Assembly: GCA_032718475.1 (NCBI GenBank)
Contig: JAUCBJ010008991.1
Coordinates: 1 to 58,445 of the forward strand
Length of the DNA stretch: 58,445 nt
Direction: 5' to 3'
Source of the DNA: Nemertoderma westbladi
Lineage: Eukaryota; Animalia; Xenacoelomorpha
Shown: positions 10,380 through 23,181 of the stretch, in pieces
Layout: the number at the start of each line of letters is the position of its first letter
Numbering within the stretch: the first letter of the stretch is position 1
Notes under the pieces: generated by a model
Database searches by the model: none
What the model was told of the DNA's origin: nothing
Seen by the model: only the letters and a program-made list of their open reading frames with translations
Translations under genes and position numbers: made by a program

Positions 10380-13300
10380 TCCACGAAGTTAAGGAAAATC
10401 AACTACTTTCGCTAAGAAAGATTTTCCTTAGCTGAGATGGTCTATTCATAGTGGGCTATTTTACTTGTATGGAGCAGATTTGGGGTTTTTTGGTCGGGGA
10501 AAAAACTAGCCTTTAAAAGTACCCTGAAATTTTGCATGTATGTACTACTCATCGAGGCGCGTCGTGTGGGATGGGTCTCATATTCAGGAAAAATCTGGTT
10601 TCCATGGCAACGGACTTAGAAAAAAGTCTATGTATTTCAAGTCAATATTTATAACTCTATTTGTAGGAAAACTATAATAGATATAAACTTGGGGTTTCTC
10701 AACTCAACTGTAAGGTCCGCAGCAGAGCTGATTGAGGTTGAATAGAAAATCCAGTTGCCTTGGCAACCGGGCTAGACAGATGTTAAAATTTACAAAATGT
10801 TAATTTGAAGCCTAATGAGAAGGTGTTATGTCTTGGGACCAACCCCTACCCCCACTATATGACTTATTCTGCGTCCGAATTTCATTGTTTAATTTTGCAT
10901 TTACCATGACAACCGCTGAAAACAGATGTTTTTATCCACGAAGCTAAGGAAAATCAACTACTTTCGCTAAGAAAGATTTTCCTTAGCTGAGATGGTCTAT
11001 TCATAGTGGGCTATTTTACTTGTATGGAGCAGATTTGGTTTTTTTTGACCGGTGAAAAAACTAGCCTTTAAAAGTACCCTGAAATTTTGCATGTATATAC
11101 TACTCGTCGAGGCGCATCTTTTGGGCTGGGTCTCATATCCAGGAAAAATCTGGTTTCCATGGCAACGGACTTAGAAAAAAGTCTATGTATTTCAAGTCAA
11201 TATTTAAAACTCTATTTGTAGGAAAACTATAATAGATATAAACTTGGGGTTTCTCAACACAACTATAAGGTCCATAGCAGAGCCGATTGAGGTTAAATAG
11301 AAAATCCAGTTACCTTGGCAACCGGGCTAGACAGATGTTAAAATTTATAAAATGTTAATTTGAAGCCTAAGGTTAAGGTGTTATGACTTGGGACTAACCC
11401 CTACCCCCACTATATAACTTATTCTGCATCCGAATTACATTGTTCTATTTTTCAGTTACCATGACAACCGCTGAAAACAGATGTTTTTATTCAAAACTTA
11501 ATCATTTGGACATAGACTTCACGATAAAATTTTACAAAACTGGGTGTGTTATCTGGACCACTAGTTGGAACTTTTAGTGAAACTTAAATTATTCCAGAAA
11601 TTTAGTTACCACGGTAACTGTAGTTTATTAAACTCTATATCATTCAAATCTATATTGATAACTCTATTTGTAGCAAAACTGTATTGTATTTAAACTTGGG
11701 GTTTTGCAACTCATCTATAAGGTCCATATACAAGCCGTTTGAGGTTAATTAGAAAATACAGTTACCATAGCAACAAGTCTAAACAGATGTTAAAATTTAT
11801 AAAATGATAATTTAAAGCACAAGTTAATAGTATTATGACTTGGGACTAACCCCTACCCCCACTATATGACTTATTCTGCATCCGAATTACATTGTTCTAT
11901 TTTTCAGTTTCCATGACAACCACTGCAAACAGATGCATTTTGATAGAAAATCGGTAATTTGGACATAAACTACAATATTTTCTGAAACTTGGTATGTGTT
12001 ATCTGAACCACAATCTGGACTGAATCTTTTTTCAAAGGTAAAACCAACAGTTCCAGAGAATTCTAGTTTCCATGGGAATACAGGTTATTTATTGCCAAAT
12101 GCTACTAAACTAGGCTATGCAACAAACCAAATTGTGGCCCTTTCTTTAATTTTCCTTAGCTTCGTGGTTGCATTTCCTTTAGGAAATGCCTTTCTAGTAA
12201 AATATTTTTAAATTCAGAAATGTTGAGGAGCGTTCCACATTGAAAATAAAAGTAGAGACAGCAGACTGTACAGCTAAAGAAGGGGTCCGGCTTAGCGACC
12301 GCAGCGAAGCACAAACCACAGTTTTGGTTCATGGGGGCAAAGGAAGGGCAGTTGGTACGGAGAGCGCCAGCACTGATACAATAGTTTACTTAGGTAACTA
12401 GTTTAACTAAACCATGTGGCAACTATTTTCAGGCCCCTATGAAAAAAAATCCACGAAGCTAAGGAAAATCAACTACTTTCGCTAAGAAAGATTTTCCTTA
12501 GCTGAGATGGTCTATTCATAGTGGGCTATTTTACTTGTATGGAGCAGATTTGGGGTTTTTTGGTCGGGGAAAAAACTAGCCTTTAAAAGTACCCTGAAAT
12601 TTTGCATGTATGTACTACTCATCGAGGCGCGTCGTGTGGGATGGGTCTCATATTCAGGAAAAATCTGGTTTCCATGGCAACGGACTTAGAAAAAAGTCTA
12701 TGTATTTCAAGTCAATATTTATAACTCTATTTGTAGGAAAACTATAATAGATATAAACTTGGGGTTTCTCAACTCAACTGTAAGGTCCGCAGCAGAGCTG
12801 ATTGAGGTTGAATAGAAAATCCAGTTGCCTTGGCAACCGGGCTAGACAGATGTTAAAATTTACAAAATGTTAATTTGAAGCCTAATGAGAAGGTGTTATG
12901 TCTTGGGACCAACCCCTACCCCCACTATATGACTTATTCTGCGTCCGAATTTCATTGTTTAATTTTGCATTTACCATGACAACCGCTGAAAACAGATGTT
13001 TTTATCCACGAAGCTAAGGAAAATCAACTACTTTCGCTAAGAAAGATTTTCCTTAGCTGAGATGGTCTATTCATAGTGGGCTATTTTACTTGTATGGAGC
13101 AGATTTGGTTTTTTTTGACCGGTGAAAAAACTAGCCTTTAAAAGTACCCTGAATGTTTGCATGTATATACTACTCGTCGAGGCGCATCTTTTGGGCTGGG
13201 TCTCATATCCAGGAAAAATCTGGTTTCCATGGCAACGGACTTAGAAAAAAGTCTATGTATTTCAAGTCAATATTTAAAATTCTATTTGTAGGAAAACTAT

Positions 13301-14077
13301 AATAGAAATAAACTTGGGGTTTCTCAACACAACTATAAGGTCCATAGCAGAGCCGATTGAGGTTAAATAGAAAATCCAGTTACCTTGGCAACCGGGCTAG
13401 ACAGATGTTAAAATTTATAAAATGTTAATTTGAAGCCTAAGGTTAAGGTGTTATGACTTGGGACCAACCCCTACCCCCACTATATAACTAATTCTGCATC
13501 CGAATTACATTGTTCTATTTTTCAGTTACCATGACAACCGCTGAAAACAGATGTTTTTATTCAAAACTTAATCATTTGGACATAGACTTCACGATAAAAT
13601 TTTACAAAACTGGGTGTGTTATCTGGACCACTAGTTGGAACTTTTAGTGAAACTTAAATTATTCCAGAAATTTAGTTACCACGGTAACTGTAGTTTATTA
13701 AACTCTATATCATTCAAATCTATATTGCCCAGTGTGTCAAGAAAGTGCGGAACGCATGCGGATCGCACGCGGAATGCGTAAATTATGCGGATAAGTGTGT
13801 AATTAATGTGGGATTGACGCATTTATTTTGAAGGGCATCATCAGGCGAAAATACCGCACAATTTCCACACTAAAAACACAGTAACTATTTATACTCATTG
13901 AGTGAAATGTGCGTGTTGTACACATTTGCCCAAAGTGTGTTAAAAACCTGTCATATCCGCACTTATTACACACAACACAATGCATCATGGGAAATATCCC
14001 ATCATGCATTGCGTGATTACTGAGAACACTCCAGCAGACCAGCACTCTGTGGGCAGGTACCGGTATACGTACAAGGT

Positions 14078-14616
14078 ATGTGCTTGAGAGGCCTGTGTTG
14101 TGTTTGTGAACCGGTCAGCGGTCACCGGGTAGGTAGGTCATCAGTAGGGATCAGTCTTAAAGAACAAGTTAAAGACATAAACAACAAGATAGGAGACAAT
14201 GCACCAATTACGTTTAATTCTTCAGGCGATTCTTCATTCCCACCTCCTCCAGCTGCCAATGAAGAATCACTTACAACCATCACCAATCATTCCAACATAT
14301 GCGACTTACTCAAACGAGAAACTTGTAAATCTTTAAAAAAAAAACGGTATCTAAACAATTACGGAGACTGATTACTGACGAATTCGCACGTAAATCATCC
14401 GTGACCGGAAGGTCAACTATAAATGGTTGCCCAGTCAAATATTCGCTTCAGAAACTGGGTGTTACCAATCTGCTATTTATTGTTAATTCTCAGAAATTTG
14501 ATGGCATTACTATGGAGGAGTTGGTGGATGCCATGAGGAAAACTCATCACTTGATGTGCGATACAAGAAATGGTAAATGGATAATTAAACAATATAATAA
14601 CAATATAGTAAATTAA
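14078..14616 (+). pseudogene. BEN/DUF4806-like domain ORF remnant, frameshifted at an A10 run (14335-14344)
   Basis: The frame of the 14401 ORF extends upstream as KTVSKQLRRLITDEFARKSSVTGRSTINGCPVKYSLQKLGVTNLLFIVNSQKFDGITMEELVDAMRK. This resembles the BEN-like pattern lrrLftdela..s.tG....k..l..l...i.....f...t..el...i. Recognised by eye, no HMM run. Confidence 0.55.
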
Positions 14617-15074
14617 TTAATAAATAAATAATATTTTTTTATATTTCAAATTACGTAATTTTTTAAGAAATTTATCTTTATAAAATTTTATTTATAAACA
14701 TATCCAAACCAATAAGTGTTATAAAGAGGATATAATGCAGAGGTAGAAGAGGTGGAACTACTTGCGCCAGCGGTGGTGTATTTTAAGAATGAAATTGGGT
14801 CGAAATAACTTTGGTTTGTGGTAGGAGCAGAGGAAGGCCCCGTATGTATAACATTTTTCGATGTACCAGTATATATTTTACACTATTATATGTTACTAAC
14901 ATATTATATATAATATATTTATAGGTGACCGTCTTCAAACTTAATAAGTCTTCGTGAGCTTTAATATCGTATTAATTAAGTCGTAATTTATTTACCATGG
15001 TATATACGCCTATATAATATTAATAAACTGCTTATAATATCTTTATAGGAAAACGAGGTGAGAATGAGGATTGT

Positions 15075-16771
15075 TGATAGACCAGTTTGTATAATCTCAT
15101 TGATGGACCAGTTTGTATAATCTCTTTGATGGACTAGTTTGTATAATCTCGTTGATGGACCAGTTTCTATATACTAGTTGATGGACCAGTTTCTTTACTT
15201 GTAGCTGGACCCGTTTATACTCGTTTATACTTGTAGCTGGACCCGTTTATACTCGTTTATACTTGTAGCTGGACCCGTTTTTACTCATTGCTGGACCCGT
15301 TCATACTTGTAGCTGAACCCCTTTGCCTTTATACTCATTGCTGGACCAGTTTATATTTATACTTGTGCTAAATTCGGTTATACATGTAGCTGAACCCGTT
15401 TATACTCATTGCTGGACCCGTTTATACTAGTTTATACTTGTAGCTGGACCCGTTTATACTCATTGCTGGACCCGTTTATATTTATACTTGTGCTAAATTC
15501 GGTTATACTTGTAGCTGGACCCGTTTATACTCAATGCTGGACCCTTTTATACTCGTTTATACTCATTGCTGGACCCGTTTATACTTGTAGCTGGACCCGT
15601 TTATACTCGTTTATACTTGTTGCTGAACCCTTTTATACTCATTGCTGGACCCGTTTATACTTGTAGCTGGACCCGTTTATACTCATTGCTGGACCCTTTT
15701 ATACTCATTTATACTCATTGCTGGACCCGTTTATACTTGTAGCTGGACCCGTTTATACTCATTGCTGGACCCGTTTATATTTATACTTGTGCTAAATTCG
15801 GTTATACTTGTAGCTGGACCCGTTTATACTCAATGCTGGACCCTTTTATACTCGTTTATACTCATTGCTGGACCCGTTTATACTTGTAGCTGGACCCGTT
15901 TATACTCGTTTATTCTTGTAGCTGAGGCCTTTTATACTCATTGCTGGACCCGTTTATATTTATACTTGTGATAAATTCGGTTATACTTGTAGCTGGACCC
16001 GTTTATACTCAATGCTGGACCCTTTTATACTCGTTTATACTCATTTCTGGACCCGTTTATACTTGTAACTGGACCCGTTTATACTCGTTTATACTTGTTG
16101 CTGAACCCTTTTATACTCATTGCTGGACCCGTTTATACTTGTAGCTGGACCCGTTTATACTCATTGCTGAACCCTTTTATACTCATTTATACTCATTGCT
16201 GGACCCGTTTATACTTGTAGCTGGACCCGTTTATACTCATTGCTGGACCCGTTTATATTTATACTTGTGCTAAATTCGGTTATACTTGTAGCTGGACCCG
16301 TTTATACTCAATGCTGGACCCTTTTATACTCGTTTATACTCATTGCTGGACCCGTTTATACTTGTAGCTGGACCCGTTTATACTCGTTTATTCTTGTAGC
16401 TGAGGCCTTTTATACTCATTGCTGGACCCGTTTATATTTATACTTGTGCTAAATTCGGTTATACTTGTAGCTGGACCCGTTTATACTCAATGCTGGACCC
16501 TTTTATACTCGTTTATACTCATTGCTGGACCCGTTTATACTTGTAGCTGGACCCGTTTATACTCGTTTATACTTGTTGCTGAACCCTTTTATACTCATTG
16601 CTGGACCCGTTTATACTTGTAGCTGGACCCGTTTATACTCATTGCTGGACCCTTTTATACTCATTTATACTCATTGCTGGACCCGTTTATACTTGTAGCT
16701 GGACCCGTTTATACTCATTGCTGGACCCGTTTATATTTGTACTTGTGCTAAATTCGGTTATACTTGTAGCT
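15075..16771. repeat. Compound minisatellite (26-bp, then 22/32-bp CTGGACCCGTTTATAC units) with 478-bp higher-order period
   Basis: Marker TG(C/A)TAAATTCGG at 15491, 15790, 15969, 16268, 16447 and 16746, alternating 299/179 bp. Confidence 0.92.
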
Positions 16772-17747
16772 ATTTCAAATTGTAGTCAAGTTGTAGTTAA
16801 TTCTGTTTTTAATTAAATAAGCATACTAGCAATAAGCATTTTCATATTTCGATTATTCCGCTATAATATATTATAAAATTGGTTCATAAAATTTCAAACG
16901 TTTCAACTAAAAAAACTAAATTTAATTATCATGTCGTTATTCAGGTACCTGCCCCCCAAATTTTTCTACGATATTTTATTAACTTAAAGTTAAGTGTTAA
17001 AGTTAAAGCCGTTAAAGCATGGTTATAGTTCTGGGAGATTGGGAGAGTAAACATTGCGTATACAATGCATCATAAAACCTGCGTATTTACCGCTTTTAAT
17101 AAGCGTAAATAGTGTGTAAAATGTGAGTAAACATTGCGTATACGATGCGTAAAATCTGCGTATTTCTCACTTGCAATTGTGCGTTTTTTGAATGTTTATT
17201 ACGCATATAAGCCACCTGCGAAAAATATGCGGTATAAACACACAAAAAAGTCAAAGCGCGTATTAAACACGTGCGTTTCGCACATTACACACCGTCACAT
17301 TTTCTTTTGTTCTCCGCACTAGAAACGCACTAAAAACGCAAAGCGAAACGCACGCGTATCGCACTAAATACGCACTGCGGAAAATGTGCGTTTGACACAC
17401 TGGGTGATAACTCTATTTGTAGCAAAACTGTATTGTATTTAAACTTGGGGTTTTGCAACTCATCTATAAGGTCCATATACAAGCCGTTTGAGGTTAATTA
17501 GAAAATACAGTTACCATAGCAACAAGTCTAAACAGATGTTAAAATTTATAAAATGATAATTTAAAGCACAAGTTAATAGTATTATGACTTGGGACTAACC
17601 CCTACCCCCACTATATGACTTATTCTGCATCCGAATTACATTGTTCTATTTTTCAGTTTCCATGACAACCACTGCAAACAGATGCATTTTGATAGAAAAT
17701 CGGTAATTTGGACATAAACTACAATATTTTCTGAAACTTGGTATGTG

Positions 17748-19014
17748 TCCACGAAGCTAAGGAAAATCAACTACTTTCGCTAAGAAAGATTTTCCTTAGC
17801 TGAGATGGTCTATTCATAGTGGGCTATTTTACTTGTATGGGGCAGATTTGGGGTTTTTTGGTCGGGGAAAAAACTAGCCTTTAAAAGTACCCTGAAATTT
17901 TGCATGTATGTACTACTCGTCGAGGCGCATCGGGTGGGATAGGTCTCATATCCAGGAAAAATCTGGTTTCCATGGCAACGGACTTAGAAAAAAGTCTATG
18001 TATTTAAAGTCAATATTTATAACTCTATTTGTAGGAAAACTATAATAGATATAAACTTGGGGTTTCTCAACTCAACTATAAGGTCCATAGCAGAGCCGAT
18101 TGAGGTTAAATAGAAAATCCAGTTACCTTGGCAACCGGGCTAGACAGATGTTAAAATTTATAAAATGTTAATTTGAAGCCTAAGGTTAAGGTGTTATGAC
18201 TTGGGACCAACCCCTACCCCCACTATATAACTTATTCTGCATCCGAATTACATTGTTCTATTTTTCAGTTACCATGACAACCGCTGAAAACAGATGTTTT
18301 TATTCAAAACTTATTCATTTGGACATAGACTTCACGATAAAATTTTACAAAACTGGGTATGTGTTATCTGGACCATTTGTTGGAACTTTTAGTGAAACTT
18401 AAATTATTCCAGAAATTTAGTTACCATGGTAACTGTAGTTTATTAAACTCTATATCATTCAAATCTATATTGATAACTCTATTTGTAGCAAAACTGTAAT
18501 ATATATAAACTTGGGGTTTTGCAACTCATCTATAAGATCCATATCCAAGCCGTTTGAGGTTAATTAGAAAATACAGTTACCATAGCAACAAGTCTAAACA
18601 GATGTTAAAATTTATAAAATGATAATTTGAAGCACAAGTTAATAGTATTATGACTTGGGACCAACCCCTACCCCCACTATATGACTTATTCTGCATCCGA
18701 ATTACATTGTTCTATTTTTCAGTTTCCATGACAACCACTGCAAACAGATGCATTTTGATAGAAAATCGGTAATTTGGACATAAACTACAATATTTTCTGA
18801 AACTCAGTATATGTGTTATCTGAACCACAATCTGTACTGAATTTTTTTTCAAAGGTTAAAGCAACAGTTCCAGAGAACTCTAGTTTCCATGGGAATAGAA
18901 GTTAATTATTGACAATTGCTACTAAACGAGGCTAAGCAACGAACCAAAGTGTGGCCGTTTGTTTAATTTTCCTTAGCTTCGTGGTTGCATTTCCTTTAGG
19001 AAATGCCTTTCTCG
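17748..19014 (+). mobile_element. Nested complete HINE at GTG^TTA (duplicate at 31719-32985)
   Basis: Flanks GGTATGTG | TTATCTGAACC rejoin. Confidence 0.9.
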
Positions 19015-19820
19015 TTATCTGAACCACAATCTGGACTGAATCTTTTTTCAAAGGTAAAACCAACAGTTCCAGAGAATTCTAGTTTCCATGGGAATACAGG
19101 TTATTTATTGCCAAATGCTACTAAACTAGGCTATGCAACAAACCAAATTGTGGCCCTTTGTTTAATTTTCCTTAGCTTCGTGGTTGCATTTCCTTTAGGA
19201 AATGCCTTTCTAGTAAAATATTTTTAAATTCAGAAATGTTGAGGAGCGTTCCACATTGAAAATGAAAGTAGAGACAGCAGACTGTACAGCTAAAGAAGGG
19301 GTCCGGCTTAGCGACCGCAGCGAAGCACAAACCACAGTTTTGGTTCATGGGGGCAAAGGAAGGGCAGTTGGTACGGAGAGCGCCAGCACTGATACAATAG
19401 TTTACTTAGGTAACTAGTTTAACTAAACCATGTGGCAACTATTTTCAGGCCCCTATGAAAAAAAATCCACGAAGCTAAGGAAAATCAACTACTTTCGCTA
19501 AGAAAGATTTTCCTTAGCTGAGATGGTCTATTCATAGTGGGCTATTTTACTTGTATGGAGCAGATTTGGGGTTTTTTGGTCGGGGAAAAAACTAGCCTTT
19601 AAAAGTACCCTGAAATTTTGCATGTATGTACTACTCATCGAGGCGCGTCGTGTGGGATGGGTCTCATATTCAGGAAAAATCTGGTTTCCATGGCAACGGA
19701 CTTAGAAAAAAGTCTATGTATTTCAAGTCAATATTTAAAACTCTATTTGTAGGAAAACTATAATATTATGGGTTTGTTCAGAAGTGGAAAAAATGGGAGC
19801 GCGTCACCGGGGGTTGAACC

Positions 19821-19866
19821 AGCGCTATACGCACGTTTCGGCCTAACAGGCCTCATCAGTAGCGCT
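19821..19866 (-). ncRNA. Minimal type I hammerhead ribozyme
   Basis: Minus strand reads AGCGCUA-CUGAUGA-GGCCU-GUU-AGGCC-GAA-AC-GUGC-GU-A^-UAGCGCU: complete catalytic core, 7-bp stem I, 5-bp stem II, 2-bp stem III, GUA cleavage triplet. Confidence 0.9.
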
Positions 19867-20158
19867 AACCAGCTCAGCCACTAGCCCCTGACACTCGCAG
19901 TCCCACCTAATCCACTTCTATTGAACGGGCAGTCTTAAGTTGCATATCCTATCTCTAACAGCGGACCTACCGGCCTCAAGTATGCTAGAGTGAAACAGGA
20001 GGGAAGTACAAATAAATAAATATTCAGCTCGGTATTGCTGCCAGGTGATATTAATTAAATAAATTGGAGATGAGCTGTTGCAACTGTAATTAAAGGTGTA
20101 ATATTATGGGTTTGTTCAGAAGTGGAAAAAATGGGAGCGCGTCACCAGGGGTTGAACC

Positions 20159-20204
20159 AGCGCTATACGCACGTTTCGGCCTAACAGGCCTCATCAGTAG
20201 CGCT
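20159..20204 (-). ncRNA. Minimal type I hammerhead ribozyme (second identical copy)
   Basis: Identical motif 338 bp away. Confidence 0.9.
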
Positions 20205-21905
20205 AACCAGCTCAGCCACTAGCCCCTGACACTCGCAGTCCCACCTAATCCACTTCTATTGAACGGGCAGTCTTAAGTTGCATATCCTATCTCTAACAGC
20301 GGACCTACCGGCCTCAAGTATGCTAGAGTGAAACAGAAAAACAGAAAAACAATTTTTCCACTTCTGAACAAACCCATAATATTACACCTTTAATTACAGT
20401 TGCAACAGCTCATCTCCAATTTAGGAAAACTATAATAGATATAAACGTGGGGTTTCTCAACACAACTATAAGGTCCATAGCAGAGCCGATTGAGGTTAAA
20501 TAGAAAATCCAGTTACCTTGGCAACCGGGCTAGACAAATGTTAAAATTTATAAAATGTTAATTTGAAGCCTAAGGTTAAGGTGTTATGACTTGGGACCAA
20601 CCCCTACCCCCACTATATAACTTATTCTGCATCCGAATTACATTGTTCTATTTTTCAGTTACCATGACAACCGCTGAAAACAGATGTTTTTATTCAAAAC
20701 TTAATCATTTGGACATAGACTTCACGATAAAATTTTACAAAACTGGGTGTGTTATCTGGACCACTAGTTGGAACTTTTAGTGAAACTTAAATTATTCCAG
20801 AAATTTAGTTACCACGGTAACTGTAGTTTATTAAACTCTATATCATTCAAATCTATATTGATAACTCTATTTGTAGCAAAACTGTATTGTATTTAAACTT
20901 GGGGTTTTGCAACTCATCTATAAGGTCCATATACAAGCCGTTTGAGGTTAATTAGAAAATACAGTTACCATAGCAACAAGTCTAAACAGATGTTAAAATT
21001 TATAAAATGATAATTTAAAGCACAAGTTAATAGTATTATGACTTGGGACTAACCCCTACCCCCACTATATGACTTATTCTGCATCCGAATTACATTGTTC
21101 TATTTTTCAGTTTCCATGACAACCACTGCAAACAGATGCATTTTGATAGAAAATCGGTAATTTGGACATAAACTACAATATTTTCTGAAACTTGGTATGT
21201 GTTATCTGAACCACAATCTGGACTGAATCTTTTTTCAAAGGTAAAACCAACAGTTCCAGAGAATTCTAGTTTCCATGGGAATACAGGTTATTTATTGCCA
21301 AATGCTACTAAACTAGGCTATGCAACAAACCAAATTGTGGCCCTTTGTTTAATTTTCCTTAGCTTCGTGGTTGCATTTCCTTTAGGAAATGCCTTTCTAG
21401 TAAAATATTTTTAAATTCAGAAATGTTGAGGAGCGTTCCACATTGAAAATGAAAGTAGAGACAGCAGACTGTACAGCTAAAGAAGGGGTCCGGCTTAGCG
21501 ACCGCAGCGAAGCACAAACCACAGTTTTGGTTCATGGGGGCAAAGGAAGAGCAGTTGGTACGGAGAGCGCCAGCACTGATACAATAGTTTACTTAGGTAA
21601 CTAGTTTAACTAAACCATGTGGCAACTATTTTCAGGCCCCTATGAAAAAAAATCCACGAAGCTAAGGAAAATCAACTACTTTCGCTAAGAAAGATTTTCC
21701 TTAGCTGAGATGGTCTATTCATAGTGGGCTATTTTACTTGTATGGAGCAGATTTGGGGTTTTTTGGTCGGGGAAAAAACTAGCCTTTAAAAGTACCCTGA
21801 AATTTTGCATGTATGTACTACTCATCGAGGCGCGTCGTGTGGGATGGGTCTCATATTCAGGAAAAATCTGGTTTCCATGGCAACGGACTTAGAAAAAAGT
21901 CTATG

Positions 21906-23181
21906 TCCACGAAGCTAAGGAAAATCAACTACTTTCGCTAAGAAAGATTTTCCTTAGCTGAGATGGTCTATTCATAGTGGGCTATTTTACTTGTGTGAGG
22001 CAGATTTGGGGTTTTTTGACCGGTGAAAAAACTAGCCTTTAAAAGTACCCTGAAAATTTGCATGTATATACTACTCGTCGAGGCGCATCTTTTGGGCTGG
22101 GTCTCATATCCAGGAAAAATCTGGTTTCCATGGCAATGGACTTTAAAAAAAGTCTATGTATTTCAAGTCAATATTTATAACTCTATTTGTAGGAAAACTA
22201 TAATAGATATACACTTGGGGTTTCTCAACTCAACTATATGGTCCATTGCTGAGCTGATTGAGGTTAAATAGAAAATCCAGTTACCTGGGCAACCAGGCTA
22301 AACAGATGTTAAAATTTATAAAATGTTAATTTGAAGCCCAAGGTTCAGGTGTTATGACTTGGGACCAACCCCTACCCCCACTATATAAATTATTCTGCGT
22401 CCGAATTTCATTGTTTTATTTTGCAGTTACCAAGACAACCGCTGAAAACAGATGTTTTTATACAAAAATTACTAATTTGGACATAGAATTCATGATAAAA
22501 TTTTATGAAATTGGGTATGTGTTATCTGGACCACTAGTTGGAACTTTTGGTGAAACTGAAAACATTCCAGAAATATCTAGTTACCATGGTGACTGGAGTT
22601 TATTAAAGTCTATATCATTCAAGTCTAAATTCAATACTCTATTTGTAGCAAAATAATGTAATATATATAAATTTGGTGTTTTGCAACTCATCTATAAGGT
22701 CCATATACATTATACAAGCCATTCGAGGTTAATTACACAATCCAGTTACCATAGCAACAAGACTAAACAGATGTCAAAATTTATAAAATAATAATTTGAA
22801 GCACAAGTTAATAGTATTATGACTTGGGACCAAGACCTACCCCCATTATATGACTTATTCTGCATCCGAATTACATTGTTCTATTTTTCAGTTTCCATGA
22901 CAACCACTGCAAACAGTTGCATTTTAATAGAAAATCGCTAATTTGGACATAAACTACAATATTTTCTGAAACTTGGTATGTGTTATCTGAACCACAATCT
23001 GGACTGAATCTTTTTTCAAAGGTAAAACCAACAGTTCCAGAGAACTCTAGTTTCCATGGGAATATAAGTTATTTATTGGCAAATGCTACTAAACTAGGCT
23101 AAGCAACAAACCAAATTGTGGCCCTTTGTTTAATTTTCCTTAGCTTCGTGGTTGCATTTCCTTTAGGAAATGCCTTTCTAG
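21906..23181 (+). mobile_element. Nested complete HINE at ATG^TAT, private to duplication copy A
   Basis: Flanks AAGTCTATG | TATTTCAAG rejoin; empty site at ~36719. Confidence 0.9.

Larger units (their letters stand above)
13728..17404. mobile_element. Non-autonomous CMC/EnSpm(CACTA)-like DNA transposon
   Basis: 13-bp TIR CCCAGTGTGTCAA ... TTGACACACTGGG. 2-bp TSD TG; empty site TCTATATTGATAACTC at ~31369-31384. Subterminal TGCG/CGCA-rich motifs. No transposase seen. Confidence 0.85.
19766..20421 (-). mobile_element. Non-coding retrozyme / Penelope-like pseudo-LTR insertion: 1.7 tandem 338-bp monomers plus 70-bp inverted segment
   Basis: Direct repeat 19761-19998 = 20099-20336. 20353-20422 is the reverse complement of 20061-20130. 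TSD up to 16 bp, TAGGAAAACTATAATA (19750-19765 / 20422-20437). Empty site at ~33721-33736. Confidence 0.85.

Noticed and set aside
15409-16816. Repetitive ORFs MLDPFIL...
   Set aside because: Products of a minisatellite whose units (22, 26, 32 bp) are not multiples of three.
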